This document shows positions 19,032 to 28,645 of a stretch of 64,000 bases of DNA, piece after piece. This stretch comes from Syntrophorhabdaceae bacterium. Its GTDB lineage: Bacteria; Desulfobacterota; Syntrophorhabdia; Syntrophorhabdales; Syntrophorhabdaceae. The notes under the pieces were generated by a model. It was given only the letters and a program-made list of their open reading frames with translations, did no database searches and was not told the DNA's origin. The translations under genes and the position numbers were made by a program. Each line of letters begins with the position of its first letter. The stretch's first letter is position 1. The stretch is from contig OY762209.1 of NCBI GenBank assembly GCA_963665295.1, positions 3,904,001 through 3,968,000 of the forward strand. The letters run 5' to 3'.

Positions 19032-19847
19032 ATGCCCAACTATTTCATTGGTGAGCTTTCGGAAACAAGGCTTTTCGATCTTGTGAAACCATTGGTGGAC
19101 GGCAGGAAATCGGGCATGTTGCTTATCAAGGGCAAGGATGTCGGAGAGATCCACATTGAAGGTGGAAGGATCATCCACGCCAAAACCAGCCGGTGCTCCG
19201 GAGAGGAGGCCATTCTCGCCATGATGGAATGGACCGCGGGCCGGGTCAGTTTCGATTGGGAAGTGACTTCCGATGAAAGGACAGTCTCTATCCCGACTGA
19301 GGAACTTTTCGTGAGTTGGATGAAATGGGAACAGGAATGGCACAAGATAAAGGAAGTGGTTACGTCCCCTCATGCCGCCTTTCGCATCTCCATAATGAAC
19401 AATTCCGAAGAAAAGAACATCCAGAGTGACCAATGGAAGGTATTGGCCCTGTCTAACGGGCGCACGGAGGCAGCGGAGATTGCCGAGACCCTCAACTGGG
19501 ATCTCTTCAAAACCTCGAGAACCATATACCAGATGGTCATGGCGGGCCTGCTCGAAAAGGCATCCGATAGGATGGAATCACAAAAACCGGCTCAGAAACA
19601 GTATGTGAACGGCAATTTCTTCCCCACCCTGGAGAGCGAACTGCGAAGGGTAATGGGGCCCATAGCCCCCATCATTATTGATGATATCATTGCCGGTTTC
19701 GGGGCCTCGCGAGAATCTCTTCCCTTGGATGAAATCGAGAAGTTCATCGCGGCAGTAAGCCAGGAGATCTCGGACAACGTAAAGAAGACGGGTTTCACCA
19801 GAGCGATGACAGAATATCTTTCGGTCAAGAACAAACCTAAACAATAA
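19032..19847 (+). CDS. DUF4388 (PatA-N-like) + winged-helix + C-terminal helical domain protein
   Basis: GELSETRLFDLV..KSGMLLI..GEIHIEGGRIIHA..GEEAILAMMEW..GRVSF; QWKVLAL..EIAETL..GLLE. Confidence 0.8.
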   Translation: MPNYFIGELSETRLFDLVKPLVDGRKSGMLLIKGKDVGEIHIEGGRIIHAKTSRCSGEEAILAMMEWTAGRVSFDWEVTSDERTVSIPTEELFVSWMKWEQEWHKIKEVVTSPHAAFRISIMNNSEEKNIQSDQWKVLALSNGRTEAAEIAETLNWDLFKTSRTIYQMVMAGLLEKASDRMESQKPAQKQYVNGNFFPTLESELRRVMGPIAPIIIDDIIAGFGASRESLPLDEIEKFIAAVSQEISDNVKKTGFTRAMTEYLSVKNKPKQ

Positions 19848-19862
19848 TCAGGAGGGGTAAAA

Positions 19863-20816
19863 ATGGCAAAGGGTAAGAAGGTTGAGGCAGGGTTGTTACC
19901 AAGGCTGATTCTGGGAATTTCTGTCCCCATCCTGCTGGCTTTTTTGATCATCGGCAACATGCTTTTCTTTACCACCACCCTTGGCAGGTTCCAGTTGAAA
20001 AGTATCAAGGACATCGGCTATGAAAGTCTGCGAGAAGTGAGCGTTGCAGCCCTGAGAGAATCAACCACGGCTTTGAACAAGCTCGGTGAGCGAATGATTC
20101 AGGAGAAAGCTGCGGATGTCGCAAATGAGATTGAGATCTTCATGAGGTCCATGCCCAGATCGAAAACAGGTAACCCCGTGTTCAGGAACCCCCAGCTTAA
20201 GGAAATAGCCGTACAGAAAGTCGGGTCCACGGGCTATACCGCGGTTCACGACTCGACGGGTCTTGTATATTTCCACTCGAACCCGCAGATGGAAGGGGCG
20301 GTCCTGAGCGTGGCTGCCGCCAAGTTGCCCCAGTTCTTGAAAATCATCGACACGGGCCTTAAAGGGCCTGCCGCCGGTTACTATGACTGGAAGGACCAGG
20401 ATGGGAAGATACGCCCCAAATACATGTACACGGTGCCCGTGAAAGGCACAAACCTCATCGTGGCCGCCACCACCTACATCGATGAATTCTCGAAACCTGT
20501 CAAGGCTGTCGAACAGAAGATCAGGCAAATAGAGCAAACATACACCGCGCAATATGAAAACAGGTTCAGAGTCTTCTATGTGATCGTATTCCTCGACCTC
20601 GTCATTCTCCTGATGGTGATCTACCTTTATTCCTTCTCAGTTATTCGCCCGCTCCGTCAACTGTCGGAGATTGCCGACAAGATCAGCATGGGGGATCTCA
20701 AGACAAGCATCAACGTCAAAGCTCACGGAGAGGTAAAGGTTCTCGCCGAGTCGATAGAGAGGATGCAAATGAGCGTCAAGGCGGCAATCGAGCGGCTCCA
20801 GAGGAGACGGGGTTAG
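19863..20816 (+). CDS. Membrane Cache-HAMP protein without output domain
   Basis: Two TMs flanking Cache-like VGSTGY..HSNP..YYDW; HAMP RPLRQL..GDL..EVKVLAESIERM then stop. Confidence 0.85.
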   Translation: MAKGKKVEAGLLPRLILGISVPILLAFLIIGNMLFFTTTLGRFQLKSIKDIGYESLREVSVAALRESTTALNKLGERMIQEKAADVANEIEIFMRSMPRSKTGNPVFRNPQLKEIAVQKVGSTGYTAVHDSTGLVYFHSNPQMEGAVLSVAAAKLPQFLKIIDTGLKGPAAGYYDWKDQDGKIRPKYMYTVPVKGTNLIVAATTYIDEFSKPVKAVEQKIRQIEQTYTAQYENRFRVFYVIVFLDLVILLMVIYLYSFSVIRPLRQLSEIADKISMGDLKTSINVKAHGEVKVLAESIERMQMSVKAAIERLQRRRG

Positions 20817-20880
20817 ATAGACGGTTCCTTCGCGCTTTCCGAACAGGGGCGTCAAGTTAAAGTGTTAAGGGGGTAAAGGT

Positions 20881-22155
20881 ATGACATTTCCCAAGGGAGA
20901 AGTAATTCACCAGGATTTATCCACGGCGTATACGGATACTTCCGAGCTTCTGTCGACCCTGATGTCGAACGGTTTTTCGGGCGTCGTCGAATTGGTGTTT
21001 CCCCGGTGCAAAGGTGCTTTCTTCATAAGCTCCGGTCTCGTGGTCAACGCCGTCGTGGAAGACCGCATGGGCGGTGTTATGATGGCAGGAGAAGAAGCCA
21101 CACAACAGCTCCTCTCTTTTTCCGACCAGGAAGACGGCACTCTCACTGTGGTTCGTCTCAGCCAAACTCAGGTGGAATTCGCAGCAAGCGCGTTCGGGTC
21201 GGAAGTCATACACAAAGACCTCTCTACCGATTTTGTAAAGCTGGACCGGTTCATTCGCAAACTGGCCGATGAAAAGCATAACGGCTTTCTCGAGATTTTC
21301 AGCCGGGAGGGAGAGCCCTTGGGGACCATATTTTTCAAAGACGGCAATCCCGCAGGTATCTACAACCCGTCTGCCTCTCCCTCTTTTCGGGAACCCGAGG
21401 CAGTCCCGGAATTCCTCGGGCAAATCAGCAGGCAGGGTGCCACATTCAATGTTCACAGGAGTATCGTGCGATTCCCTCTCAAGGACAAGACCCCGGCTGG
21501 AGAGGCCACTGTCCGGTCCCCCTCCGAAAGGCCGCCGGAGAGGCAGGAAATTGTACCCGGGCCCGAGAGACCGATGGAGGAGGAAGAGACCATAATAGTC
21601 CGGGAAGAGGACCCTCCGGGGATGGAAGAGATGGCTGTTGAGCCGGAAAGATCGACGGGTAGGGAAGAACCCGTAGCCTATGAAGACCGTCAACCGCCGA
21701 GACCTCAGAAGGACATGTTTCAGGAAGAGAAAGAATCAATGGAAAGGGGCTGGGTTGCGGTAAATGCGGTGAACAAGGAGATGAATGGTCGTAGCGAGCT
21801 CATCGTGACCCTCCAGAAGATACTCGCGAGGGTCGAACAGCTTGTGGACGGCTTTTCCCAGAAAGGGACTTTTCAAAGGACCTTTAAAGGAGTCCTCATC
21901 GATAAATCGGATCAGTACCCTTTTATCGATCCCTTTGCAGGCCAATTCGACTATTATGACGGCAAGATATCCCTTGATGAAGAAATAGACACCGAAAAGT
22001 TCGGCGCGGGTATTGCGGATTGTTTCAACCTTACGTTGTCGCGCCTCAAAAAGGGGTTTCCCAAAAACATGGTCCTGCCTCATGGCCTGAAGACGGATAT
22101 TGAATCTTTCCTGAAATGCTACCCGGAACCGGAGCAATTCGGCGGTGAGACTTAA
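20881..22155 (+). CDS. Protein with two tandem DUF4388/DUF2226-like domains, Pro/Glu linker, C-terminal DPF domain
   Basis: Repeats EVIHQDLST..FSGVVEL..G.FF and EVIHKDLST..HNGFLEI..G.IFF; YPFIDPFAGQFDYYDG. Confidence 0.7.
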   Translation: MTFPKGEVIHQDLSTAYTDTSELLSTLMSNGFSGVVELVFPRCKGAFFISSGLVVNAVVEDRMGGVMMAGEEATQQLLSFSDQEDGTLTVVRLSQTQVEFAASAFGSEVIHKDLSTDFVKLDRFIRKLADEKHNGFLEIFSREGEPLGTIFFKDGNPAGIYNPSASPSFREPEAVPEFLGQISRQGATFNVHRSIVRFPLKDKTPAGEATVRSPSERPPERQEIVPGPERPMEEEETIIVREEDPPGMEEMAVEPERSTGREEPVAYEDRQPPRPQKDMFQEEKESMERGWVAVNAVNKEMNGRSELIVTLQKILARVEQLVDGFSQKGTFQRTFKGVLIDKSDQYPFIDPFAGQFDYYDGKISLDEEIDTEKFGAGIADCFNLTLSRLKKGFPKNMVLPHGLKTDIESFLKCYPEPEQFGGET

Positions 22156-23150
22156 TCGCGGAGAAATTTGGTCAACTTTCGCCGTAAGAAGTCTCTTTCC
22201 CACATGGGCGTCATTTCCTTTATGAGGGCGGCAGTGCTCATCTTTCGACGCGCCATGATCGATCTCCTCTTTTTCAGCATACGGGGCAGGAGCCTCACTG
22301 CATCCCTCTTTGCCCTGAAAAAGAGGCGGATTTTCCCGTGTTTAAGCCCGAAATAGATCAGTTCGGAGAGAAATCCCACTAAAAACTCAGGAAGACACAG
22401 GACAAAGGCTGAAAGGGGGATATCCTTCATCCTCACGAGTTCACTGTTTCTCAGCGTGTAATATGTCTGCATGTCACTCATGTATCCGATGGACGAGGTT
22501 ACTTTGTGACGCACCACCGCGGTGGGCACGAACAGTATCTTCCATCCCGCGAGTTTTGCCCTGATGTTGAGATCCGTATCTTCGTGAATCAAGAAGAAGT
22601 CGTTATCGAGAAAGCCGATCTCTTCAAGCATGCTCCTCCGATACAAGGCAGCCCCTGCGCAGGCGCCGAACACATACATGGGCTCATCGAATCTTGCCGG
22701 GAGACTCCCCTCGCCCCTTTTGAAGCCCTTGAGTGACCTTGTGTACCCATCACCCGCGCTGTCGATCGTGCCGTCCCGGCAGGAGACCAACTTGGAGGCG
22801 CAAATCCCGGTCAACGGGTCCCCTTCCATAGCATTGGAGAGGGCTTCGAGCCAACCCTCATGGGGTTCCGTATCATTGTTCAATAAGGCAAGGTACTTAC
22901 CCGATGCATATTCGAGCGCCTCTATGTTTCCCCCGGCAAATCCGAGATTTTTTTTCAGCGGAACGAACTTGATTTTTGTCCCCATGGGGCTTCGCTTCAT
23001 GAACTCCATGATGACTTCAGATGAACGGTCCACCGAACCGTTATCGACGATCACCGTCTCGAAATCACGGAAAGTCTGGGCCTCAAGGGCCGTAAGACAG
23101 TCCGCAATCAGGTGCTCGCCGTTGAAATTGACTATGATGACGCTAATCAT
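22152..23150 (-). CDS. GT2 glycosyltransferase
   Basis: ISVIIVNFNG, VDNGSVD, NLGFAGG, LLNND, EDTD. Confidence 0.92.
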   Translation of the reverse strand: MISVIIVNFNGEHLIADCLTALEAQTFRDFETVIVDNGSVDRSSEVIMEFMKRSPMGTKIKFVPLKKNLGFAGGNIEALEYASGKYLALLNNDTEPHEGWLEALSNAMEGDPLTGICASKLVSCRDGTIDSAGDGYTRSLKGFKRGEGSLPARFDEPMYVFGACAGAALYRRSMLEEIGFLDNDFFLIHEDTDLNIRAKLAGWKILFVPTAVVRHKVTSSIGYMSDMQTYYTLRNSELVRMKDIPLSAFVLCLPEFLVGFLSELIYFGLKHGKIRLFFRAKRDAVRLLPRMLKKRRSIMARRKMSTAALIKEMTPMWERDFLRRKLTKFLRD

Positions 23151-23189
23151 GGAGCACGCAGGGAAACGGGGAGATTGAATAAAACAGTG

Positions 23190-24995
23190 TCATGGAAAGG
23201 CGATCGTAAAATCGGCCCTGTCGCCGTTCAAGTTTACATTATAGTATGGATCTCCTTTCCTGAGCAGGTGCTTCCATCTTTTCTGATAAATTCCTATCTC
23301 CTTCCGCTCTCGTTTCATTTCTTTCGATGTGGTGGGGTATCCCCGTGTTTTGTATTCGTGATGGCAGAGTTCCGCCCACGGGGTCCATATTATAAGGTAA
23401 CCCTTCTCCCGGAGACGCAGGCAAAAGTCGATATCATTGTACGCCACGACGAGAGATTCGTCAAAGCCTCCGATCTCTTCAAAAACATCCCGTCGCGTCA
23501 TGAGGCAGGCTGCGGTGACGGCGCTCACGTTCCTCGCGATCTTCAGCTGGCCGAGGTATCCCGTGGAGTCCTTCGCATACCCTCTGAATGCATGGTCCGC
23601 GACCCCCGCTATGGATATGACGATACCCCCGTGCTGAACCATGCCGTCAGGGTAATATAGCTTTGCTCCCACAGCGCCCACGTCCTTTCTCACGAGATAT
23701 TCGGACATGCGTTCGAGCCAGTCGGGACTAATCACCTCCACGTCGTTGTTGAGAAAGAGTATAAGATCGCCATGGGTGACGGAGACGGCAAAGTTGTTCA
23801 GAGCCGAATAATTGAAAGGAGCGTTCCATTCCACGATCTTCACCCTGGGGTCCGACGTCAGTTTCGAGTATATGTCAAATGTCGCATCTTCACGGCTTCC
23901 GTTTTCCACCACCCATATTTCGTAGTCGCCATAAGTCGATTTCTTTGTGATGGAAGTGACGCATTTCTCCAGATCGGCCCCGTGGTCCTTGTTGGGAATG
24001 ATTATGGAGATATTTCTGTTACGGGGGGTCTGAAAAACAGTACGGCAAGTGCCCGGTATGACACCTTGAACGGCGTGTCCGCCGACACCGGTTCTCTTCA
24101 GATGTTTCCCGATGATATTCCGACTGTCGGCCAGACCCGGATCGCTTCCCGCAAGGCGGCTCGTGTGGCAAAGCACCTTCGGTATATGGGTAATTACGCG
24201 GGCCTTTTCCGTTGACTGAAGGACCAGGTCATAAAGGCCCACCTCCTGAGCCCCCTCTTCCAGGGACTCAATCTTCTCCAGCAATCCTCTGCGGACAAGA
24301 AAGAGACTGCCGATATAATTGCAGGATCGAAGAAGGTCAGGGCTCCAATCCGGTTTGAAACAGGGGTCCGACCGTGTGGCTCCGTCGTGAGAGATAAAAT
24401 CGTTGTCCGAATAGACACAATCCATGTCCTTGTTGTGATTCATTGCAGAAACGACCTCAAAAAGGGCAAAAGGGGCGATTTCATCGGTGGGGGCCACATA
24501 TCCAATAAAAGTGCCGCTACAAAATCCGGCCACTGTCCGCGGAATTCTCCATAGGGCAGCCGGGTCGGGGCTGCTTATCACTTTGACGCGCCGGTCATGG
24601 ACAGGAGGGGTGTCGTCATGGGCGGAGCGAATTACGACAAGCTCCCAGTTCTTATAGGTTTGCGTCATGAGAGACTCTATCAGACGCCCTTGCGGTTCCT
24701 CGTCGCTCCTTATTAAAGTAACAAGGGTTATTACGGGCGTTTCCCTAAAAGCAACTCGACCATGCCTTGCCAGTTGCTTTTCGTCCGGCTCATTCAGCTT
24801 AATCCAGAGGCTGTATGGGTCGGATTCATCATAATGGCGTCTCTTAAGAAAGACTTTCCGAAGAAAGACCTTCGGACCTCTGCCCCGCGTGTACACCATG
24901 GCGCCACGCAGGTTCTTCAACGTCGCAGCTCGCCTGAGTCTTTTGAAAATGCTTAGATCAAGCGCCAAATTACCTTCCACCTGCCCTCTCCTCAA
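23190..24995 (-). CDS. Two-domain GT2 glycosyltransferase
   Basis: FKPDWSPDLL; second domain ISIIIPNKD, FNYSALNN, FLNND, YNDIDFCL. Confidence 0.9.
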   Translation of the reverse strand: MRRGQVEGNLALDLSIFKRLRRAATLKNLRGAMVYTRGRGPKVFLRKVFLKRRHYDESDPYSLWIKLNEPDEKQLARHGRVAFRETPVITLVTLIRSDEEPQGRLIESLMTQTYKNWELVVIRSAHDDTPPVHDRRVKVISSPDPAALWRIPRTVAGFCSGTFIGYVAPTDEIAPFALFEVVSAMNHNKDMDCVYSDNDFISHDGATRSDPCFKPDWSPDLLRSCNYIGSLFLVRRGLLEKIESLEEGAQEVGLYDLVLQSTEKARVITHIPKVLCHTSRLAGSDPGLADSRNIIGKHLKRTGVGGHAVQGVIPGTCRTVFQTPRNRNISIIIPNKDHGADLEKCVTSITKKSTYGDYEIWVVENGSREDATFDIYSKLTSDPRVKIVEWNAPFNYSALNNFAVSVTHGDLILFLNNDVEVISPDWLERMSEYLVRKDVGAVGAKLYYPDGMVQHGGIVISIAGVADHAFRGYAKDSTGYLGQLKIARNVSAVTAACLMTRRDVFEEIGGFDESLVVAYNDIDFCLRLREKGYLIIWTPWAELCHHEYKTRGYPTTSKEMKRERKEIGIYQKRWKHLLRKGDPYYNVNLNGDRADFTIAFP

Positions 24996-25759
24996 GTCGC
25001 CGCAACAGATTCGCCTCTCGGCAGAGGTGATGCGCCATATGCCTCTATGACTTCCTTCGGTTCGCCGGTCATACGGGCCGTATGATTTTCAATCCACAGG
25101 ACCCGGTCGCATATCTGTTCGATATTCTCCATCGAATGAGATACGAGCACCATGGTAACCCCCTTCTTTCTGAACTCTGCCATCCTGTCCAGACATTTCC
25201 TCTGAAATTCCATGTCTCCCACCGCAAGGATCTCATCGATAAGCAGTATCTCGGGGTCAAGGCACGCAACGATGGAGAACCCCAACCGGGCGAGCATACC
25301 ACTTGAATAAGTACGCACCGGCTGGTCCACGAAGTCGTCGAGTTCCGAAAATTGAATTATCTGATCCATTTTGGAAAGCACCTCGTGCCTTCTCAAACCG
25401 ATCAGAACGCCCTTCAAAACGATATTCTCCCTTCCCGTCAACTCCATGTGGAAACCGGCCCCCAGCTCAAGGAGGGGGGATATCCTTCCCTTCACGGTTA
25501 TCGCGCCGCGAGTCGGCTTCAGCACGCCGGCGATAAGACCAAGGATCGTGCTCTTCCCTGCTCCATTCCTTCCCACAATACCGAAGGCTTCTCCTTTCAG
25601 CACGTCGAATGAAACGTCGCGGAGGGCCTCGTACCGCGCCCCCCTCAAGGCCCCCAGGCCCTTGGGCAGGTGGAACAGGAAATTCTTTATACCCCCCGTT
25701 ATCTGATGGTAAAGGGGATAGGTTTTGGTGATATGTTCGAAGGTGATCACCTTTTCCAT
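24992..25759 (-). CDS. wzt: Polysaccharide ABC exporter ATPase (no C-terminal carbohydrate-binding domain)
   Basis: GRNGAGKS, YSSGM, DEILAVGD; start ATG 25759. Confidence 0.92.
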   Translation of the reverse strand: MEKVITFEHITKTYPLYHQITGGIKNFLFHLPKGLGALRGARYEALRDVSFDVLKGEAFGIVGRNGAGKSTILGLIAGVLKPTRGAITVKGRISPLLELGAGFHMELTGRENIVLKGVLIGLRRHEVLSKMDQIIQFSELDDFVDQPVRTYSSGMLARLGFSIVACLDPEILLIDEILAVGDMEFQRKCLDRMAEFRKKGVTMVLVSHSMENIEQICDRVLWIENHTARMTGEPKEVIEAYGASPLPRGESVAAT

Positions 25760-26526
25760 CACAACACCTCTGCAAAGCGCCATGATAGTCGTCTATAAGT
25801 GAAATAACCGATCCAGAAGACGGCGAGAGAATAACCCAGGCTGATAAGGAGGGACAGGGGTTCAATATTGCCGTTCATTAGAAGGTTCCGCCAGCCTACC
25901 ATGAGGTGCGCCACGGGGTTCAGGACCATCAGGTGTTTTATCTTCCCGGGTATCATGGTCTCCGGGTAAATTATGGGCGTGACGTAGAAGAGCAATGTGA
26001 GAGATATGGAGGTCAGTCTCTCGAGGTCCCTGAAAAAAAGATTGACCGACGAGATAAACAGGGCTATCCCGTAGGTCATGAAAAACTGGATGAGAAGGAG
26101 CGAAGGGACCCCGTAAAGCCACGACAGGGTGGGAGTCTTGTGGTATACAAACAGAAACAGGATAATCACCGGTATCGACAGAATATAGTGTACCATATCC
26201 TGCAGCACCACTGCAAAGACGAGCAACTCTCTCGGAAAGTTTATCTTCTTTATGATCGTCCAGTTGGCAAGATAGATGGTGGGGGCGGCATTGACGGAGT
26301 TGCTGAACCATTGCCATGGAAAGAGACCTGAGATGAGAAACAGGACGTAGCTCTCCACATCGATCCTGATCACGATCTTGAATGCAACGTAGAAGACCAT
26401 GGCGAAAACGAGAGGGTGCCCCACGGACCACAGATATCCGAAAAAGGTGCTCTTGTACCTTACCTTAAGGTCCTTCTCGATGAAGACAAGGATGATATCA
26501 ATGAAATGGTGGATTCTGTAACTCAT
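25759..26526 (-). CDS. wzm: Polysaccharide ABC exporter permease
   Basis: DLKVRYKSTFFGYLW, FRDL, TPIIYP, LNP. Confidence 0.92.
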   Translation of the reverse strand: MSYRIHHFIDIILVFIEKDLKVRYKSTFFGYLWSVGHPLVFAMVFYVAFKIVIRIDVESYVLFLISGLFPWQWFSNSVNAAPTIYLANWTIIKKINFPRELLVFAVVLQDMVHYILSIPVIILFLFVYHKTPTLSWLYGVPSLLLIQFFMTYGIALFISSVNLFFRDLERLTSISLTLLFYVTPIIYPETMIPGKIKHLMVLNPVAHLMVGWRNLLMNGNIEPLSLLISLGYSLAVFWIGYFTYRRLSWRFAEVL

Positions 26527-26542
26527 AGCGGTGTGGAATTCT

Positions 26543-28645
26543 TTACCATAATTTGTGCGTTATCTGTTCATCTTTTTCGTAAAACCCCACCTTATCCTGC
26601 AGGTAGGAAAGGAGCGACTCTCTTGAAATATAATTGCGGGACTTGAAACTCGTAATTACGTAAATCCCGTCGCGAGCGTCTTTGAGGTTCTTTCGCGCAA
26701 TATCGACCGCCCGCGCCCTGTTGCCTTTTGCGTATTCGAGAGACGCCTCCAGGTCGCGGATCTTGTAGATAAATATCCCCCTGGGATTGTGTGGCGTTCT
26801 GAACTTGGGAATATACCGGTCAAATCCCCTGATGCAACTGATCGCGAGATCATATTTTCCCGCGGCGAGGTAGTAACATGCGATTTCGTAAGTATAATAG
26901 GGCGAAGACGGGTAGTAAGACAGGGCCTCATTGAAATAGAAATTCGATCTCGCCTCGTCTCCGACAAAGGCATAGCCCTGACCCATAGTCAGGTAGCGTT
27001 CCGAATTGCGGTCGTTCTTTCGCGCCATCGCGTTCAGATATTGTCTAAGCTCATCGACCATGGCACTCGTGCCCTTCTCGTCTTTCCGGGACCCGGCGAG
27101 TTCCATCAGGGTCGCGGTTGCCTTGACGTAGGGCTCCGAACTGAAGGGCATCGTGGTCATAGCATTTCTATACAGGGAGAGAGCGGCCGCAGGCAAACCG
27201 GCTTCGCGGAAAAGGTCGCCGTTCTCCACGTCCTTTCTCTCCATACCGACCCTCGAATTGAATGCGAATGCGACGAGAAGGCAGATGAGGACAAGGGCAA
27301 ATGACACAAGCTCATGAGGTTCGCGCCTAGCGTTGGAGCTCTGTGAATTATCCGGAGATATTTGCACGAGAAAGAATGAGGTGAGGACAAAGAAAGTGAT
27401 CACATGAGAGGCCACGTCAAAAGAGAAATCGACGACGCCAAAGAGGAAGCCCGAAAGTACCGAGAGGAAGAGCAGGCTCTCAAAAGGGCCCCACTTTGTA
27501 CGTCCCGCCCCGAGGAGAACCCCCGCGAGGTAGAAGAGGAAACACAGGAGTCCGGCAATCCCGAGTTCAACCGCTATTTTTACCACGGTGCTGTGTGCCA
27601 CGACAGTATACGATCCGCCATCAAAGTATTTTCTGTACGCGTATTCGAAGGCGCCGGACCCGAAACCCACGAGAGGTTTTGCCTTGAACGCATTGACGGC
27701 ATTCTTCCATATATCGGTCCTCGTATTCAGCGTGGACAGGTCTTTGTACACAGTTTTGGTCTTATGGGTTATAACTCCCTGAACCGCCGACCCCTCCTTG
27801 GCACCCGCACCATGGAATACGGCAAGGGTAACCCCAAGTGCAAGGACGAGGGCAATACACAGGCTTACCATCCCCCGCCATTCTCTCTTCAGGGCAAGGC
27901 CTGCAAAACTCACCATGATGCATATAAACACAATGCCCAAACCGATGCGGGTCGAACTCAATATGACCCCGGTTATGATCAGGGCACATGCGGCGGACGA
28001 TATGACGGTGCGGACCACGCCTTTTCCATACGCCGCGAAATAGATCGCAAGAGGAAGGACAAAGGCAAGATAGCCTCCAAGTATGTTGTGGTACGAGTAT
28101 GATGAAAAAGGAATGCCGGACTGCTCCTTTAATATTTGCGCATACACGCCCTCCTGGAAGACATGGGCAAGTCCGGGGAACAGGACCTCGTGTTGGATGA
28201 TCTGAGAGATCGCGCACCCGGCGGCTCCGGCCACGAGTCCTGCCAGACAGGTTTTCTTCGCGGGATACATCAGGAAAAGATAGGCGCCCCCTGCCGCCCA
28301 GATCAGGACCTCCACATAAAGCATTCCCCCGAATCTGTTCCAGGAGTAATAGAGACTGATGACGTTCATAGCGGGGAAAGGGAGAAAGAAGACGAGAAAC
28401 TGCAGGAACCCGGACCGATCCCCCTTGCCTTCGAGATACACGGACGTAATGGAAAGAATAAGAAGGAGGGTAAAGAGACTTTCGATCCAGAACCTGTCGA
28501 TGTTAACGTAGAAGAGAGCAAGGTTGTTACCCCCGAGAAAGGGGATCAGAAAGAAGGTCAGCAGCGTGAAGACCTTCCCCGGTTTCAGGCCCGGCCGCAC
28601 CTTCGCCGGTTTTTCAGCTGAGCAAGTTTCCACAAAGGCGCTCAT
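26543..28645 (-). CDS. O-antigen ligase/oligosaccharyltransferase-like (Wzy_C) protein with C-terminal TPR-like region
   Basis: Many TMs; SSTR, R..IW, PLVGFG.G.F, AHS..ELGIAG; helical repeat tail. Confidence 0.85.
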   Translation of the reverse strand: MSAFVETCSAEKPAKVRPGLKPGKVFTLLTFFLIPFLGGNNLALFYVNIDRFWIESLFTLLLILSITSVYLEGKGDRSGFLQFLVFFLPFPAMNVISLYYSWNRFGGMLYVEVLIWAAGGAYLFLMYPAKKTCLAGLVAGAAGCAISQIIQHEVLFPGLAHVFQEGVYAQILKEQSGIPFSSYSYHNILGGYLAFVLPLAIYFAAYGKGVVRTVISSAACALIITGVILSSTRIGLGIVFICIMVSFAGLALKREWRGMVSLCIALVLALGVTLAVFHGAGAKEGSAVQGVITHKTKTVYKDLSTLNTRTDIWKNAVNAFKAKPLVGFGSGAFEYAYRKYFDGGSYTVVAHSTVVKIAVELGIAGLLCFLFYLAGVLLGAGRTKWGPFESLLFLSVLSGFLFGVVDFSFDVASHVITFFVLTSFFLVQISPDNSQSSNARREPHELVSFALVLICLLVAFAFNSRVGMERKDVENGDLFREAGLPAAALSLYRNAMTTMPFSSEPYVKATATLMELAGSRKDEKGTSAMVDELRQYLNAMARKNDRNSERYLTMGQGYAFVGDEARSNFYFNEALSYYPSSPYYTYEIACYYLAAGKYDLAISCIRGFDRYIPKFRTPHNPRGIFIYKIRDLEASLEYAKGNRARAVDIARKNLKDARDGIYVITSFKSRNYISRESLLSYLQDKVGFYEKDEQITHKLW

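Noticed and set aside
18597..19433. 278-aa minus-strand ORF and small ORFs at 18731-19013
   Set aside because: Overlaps the DUF4388 gene in antisense and the promoter region; no protein-like features
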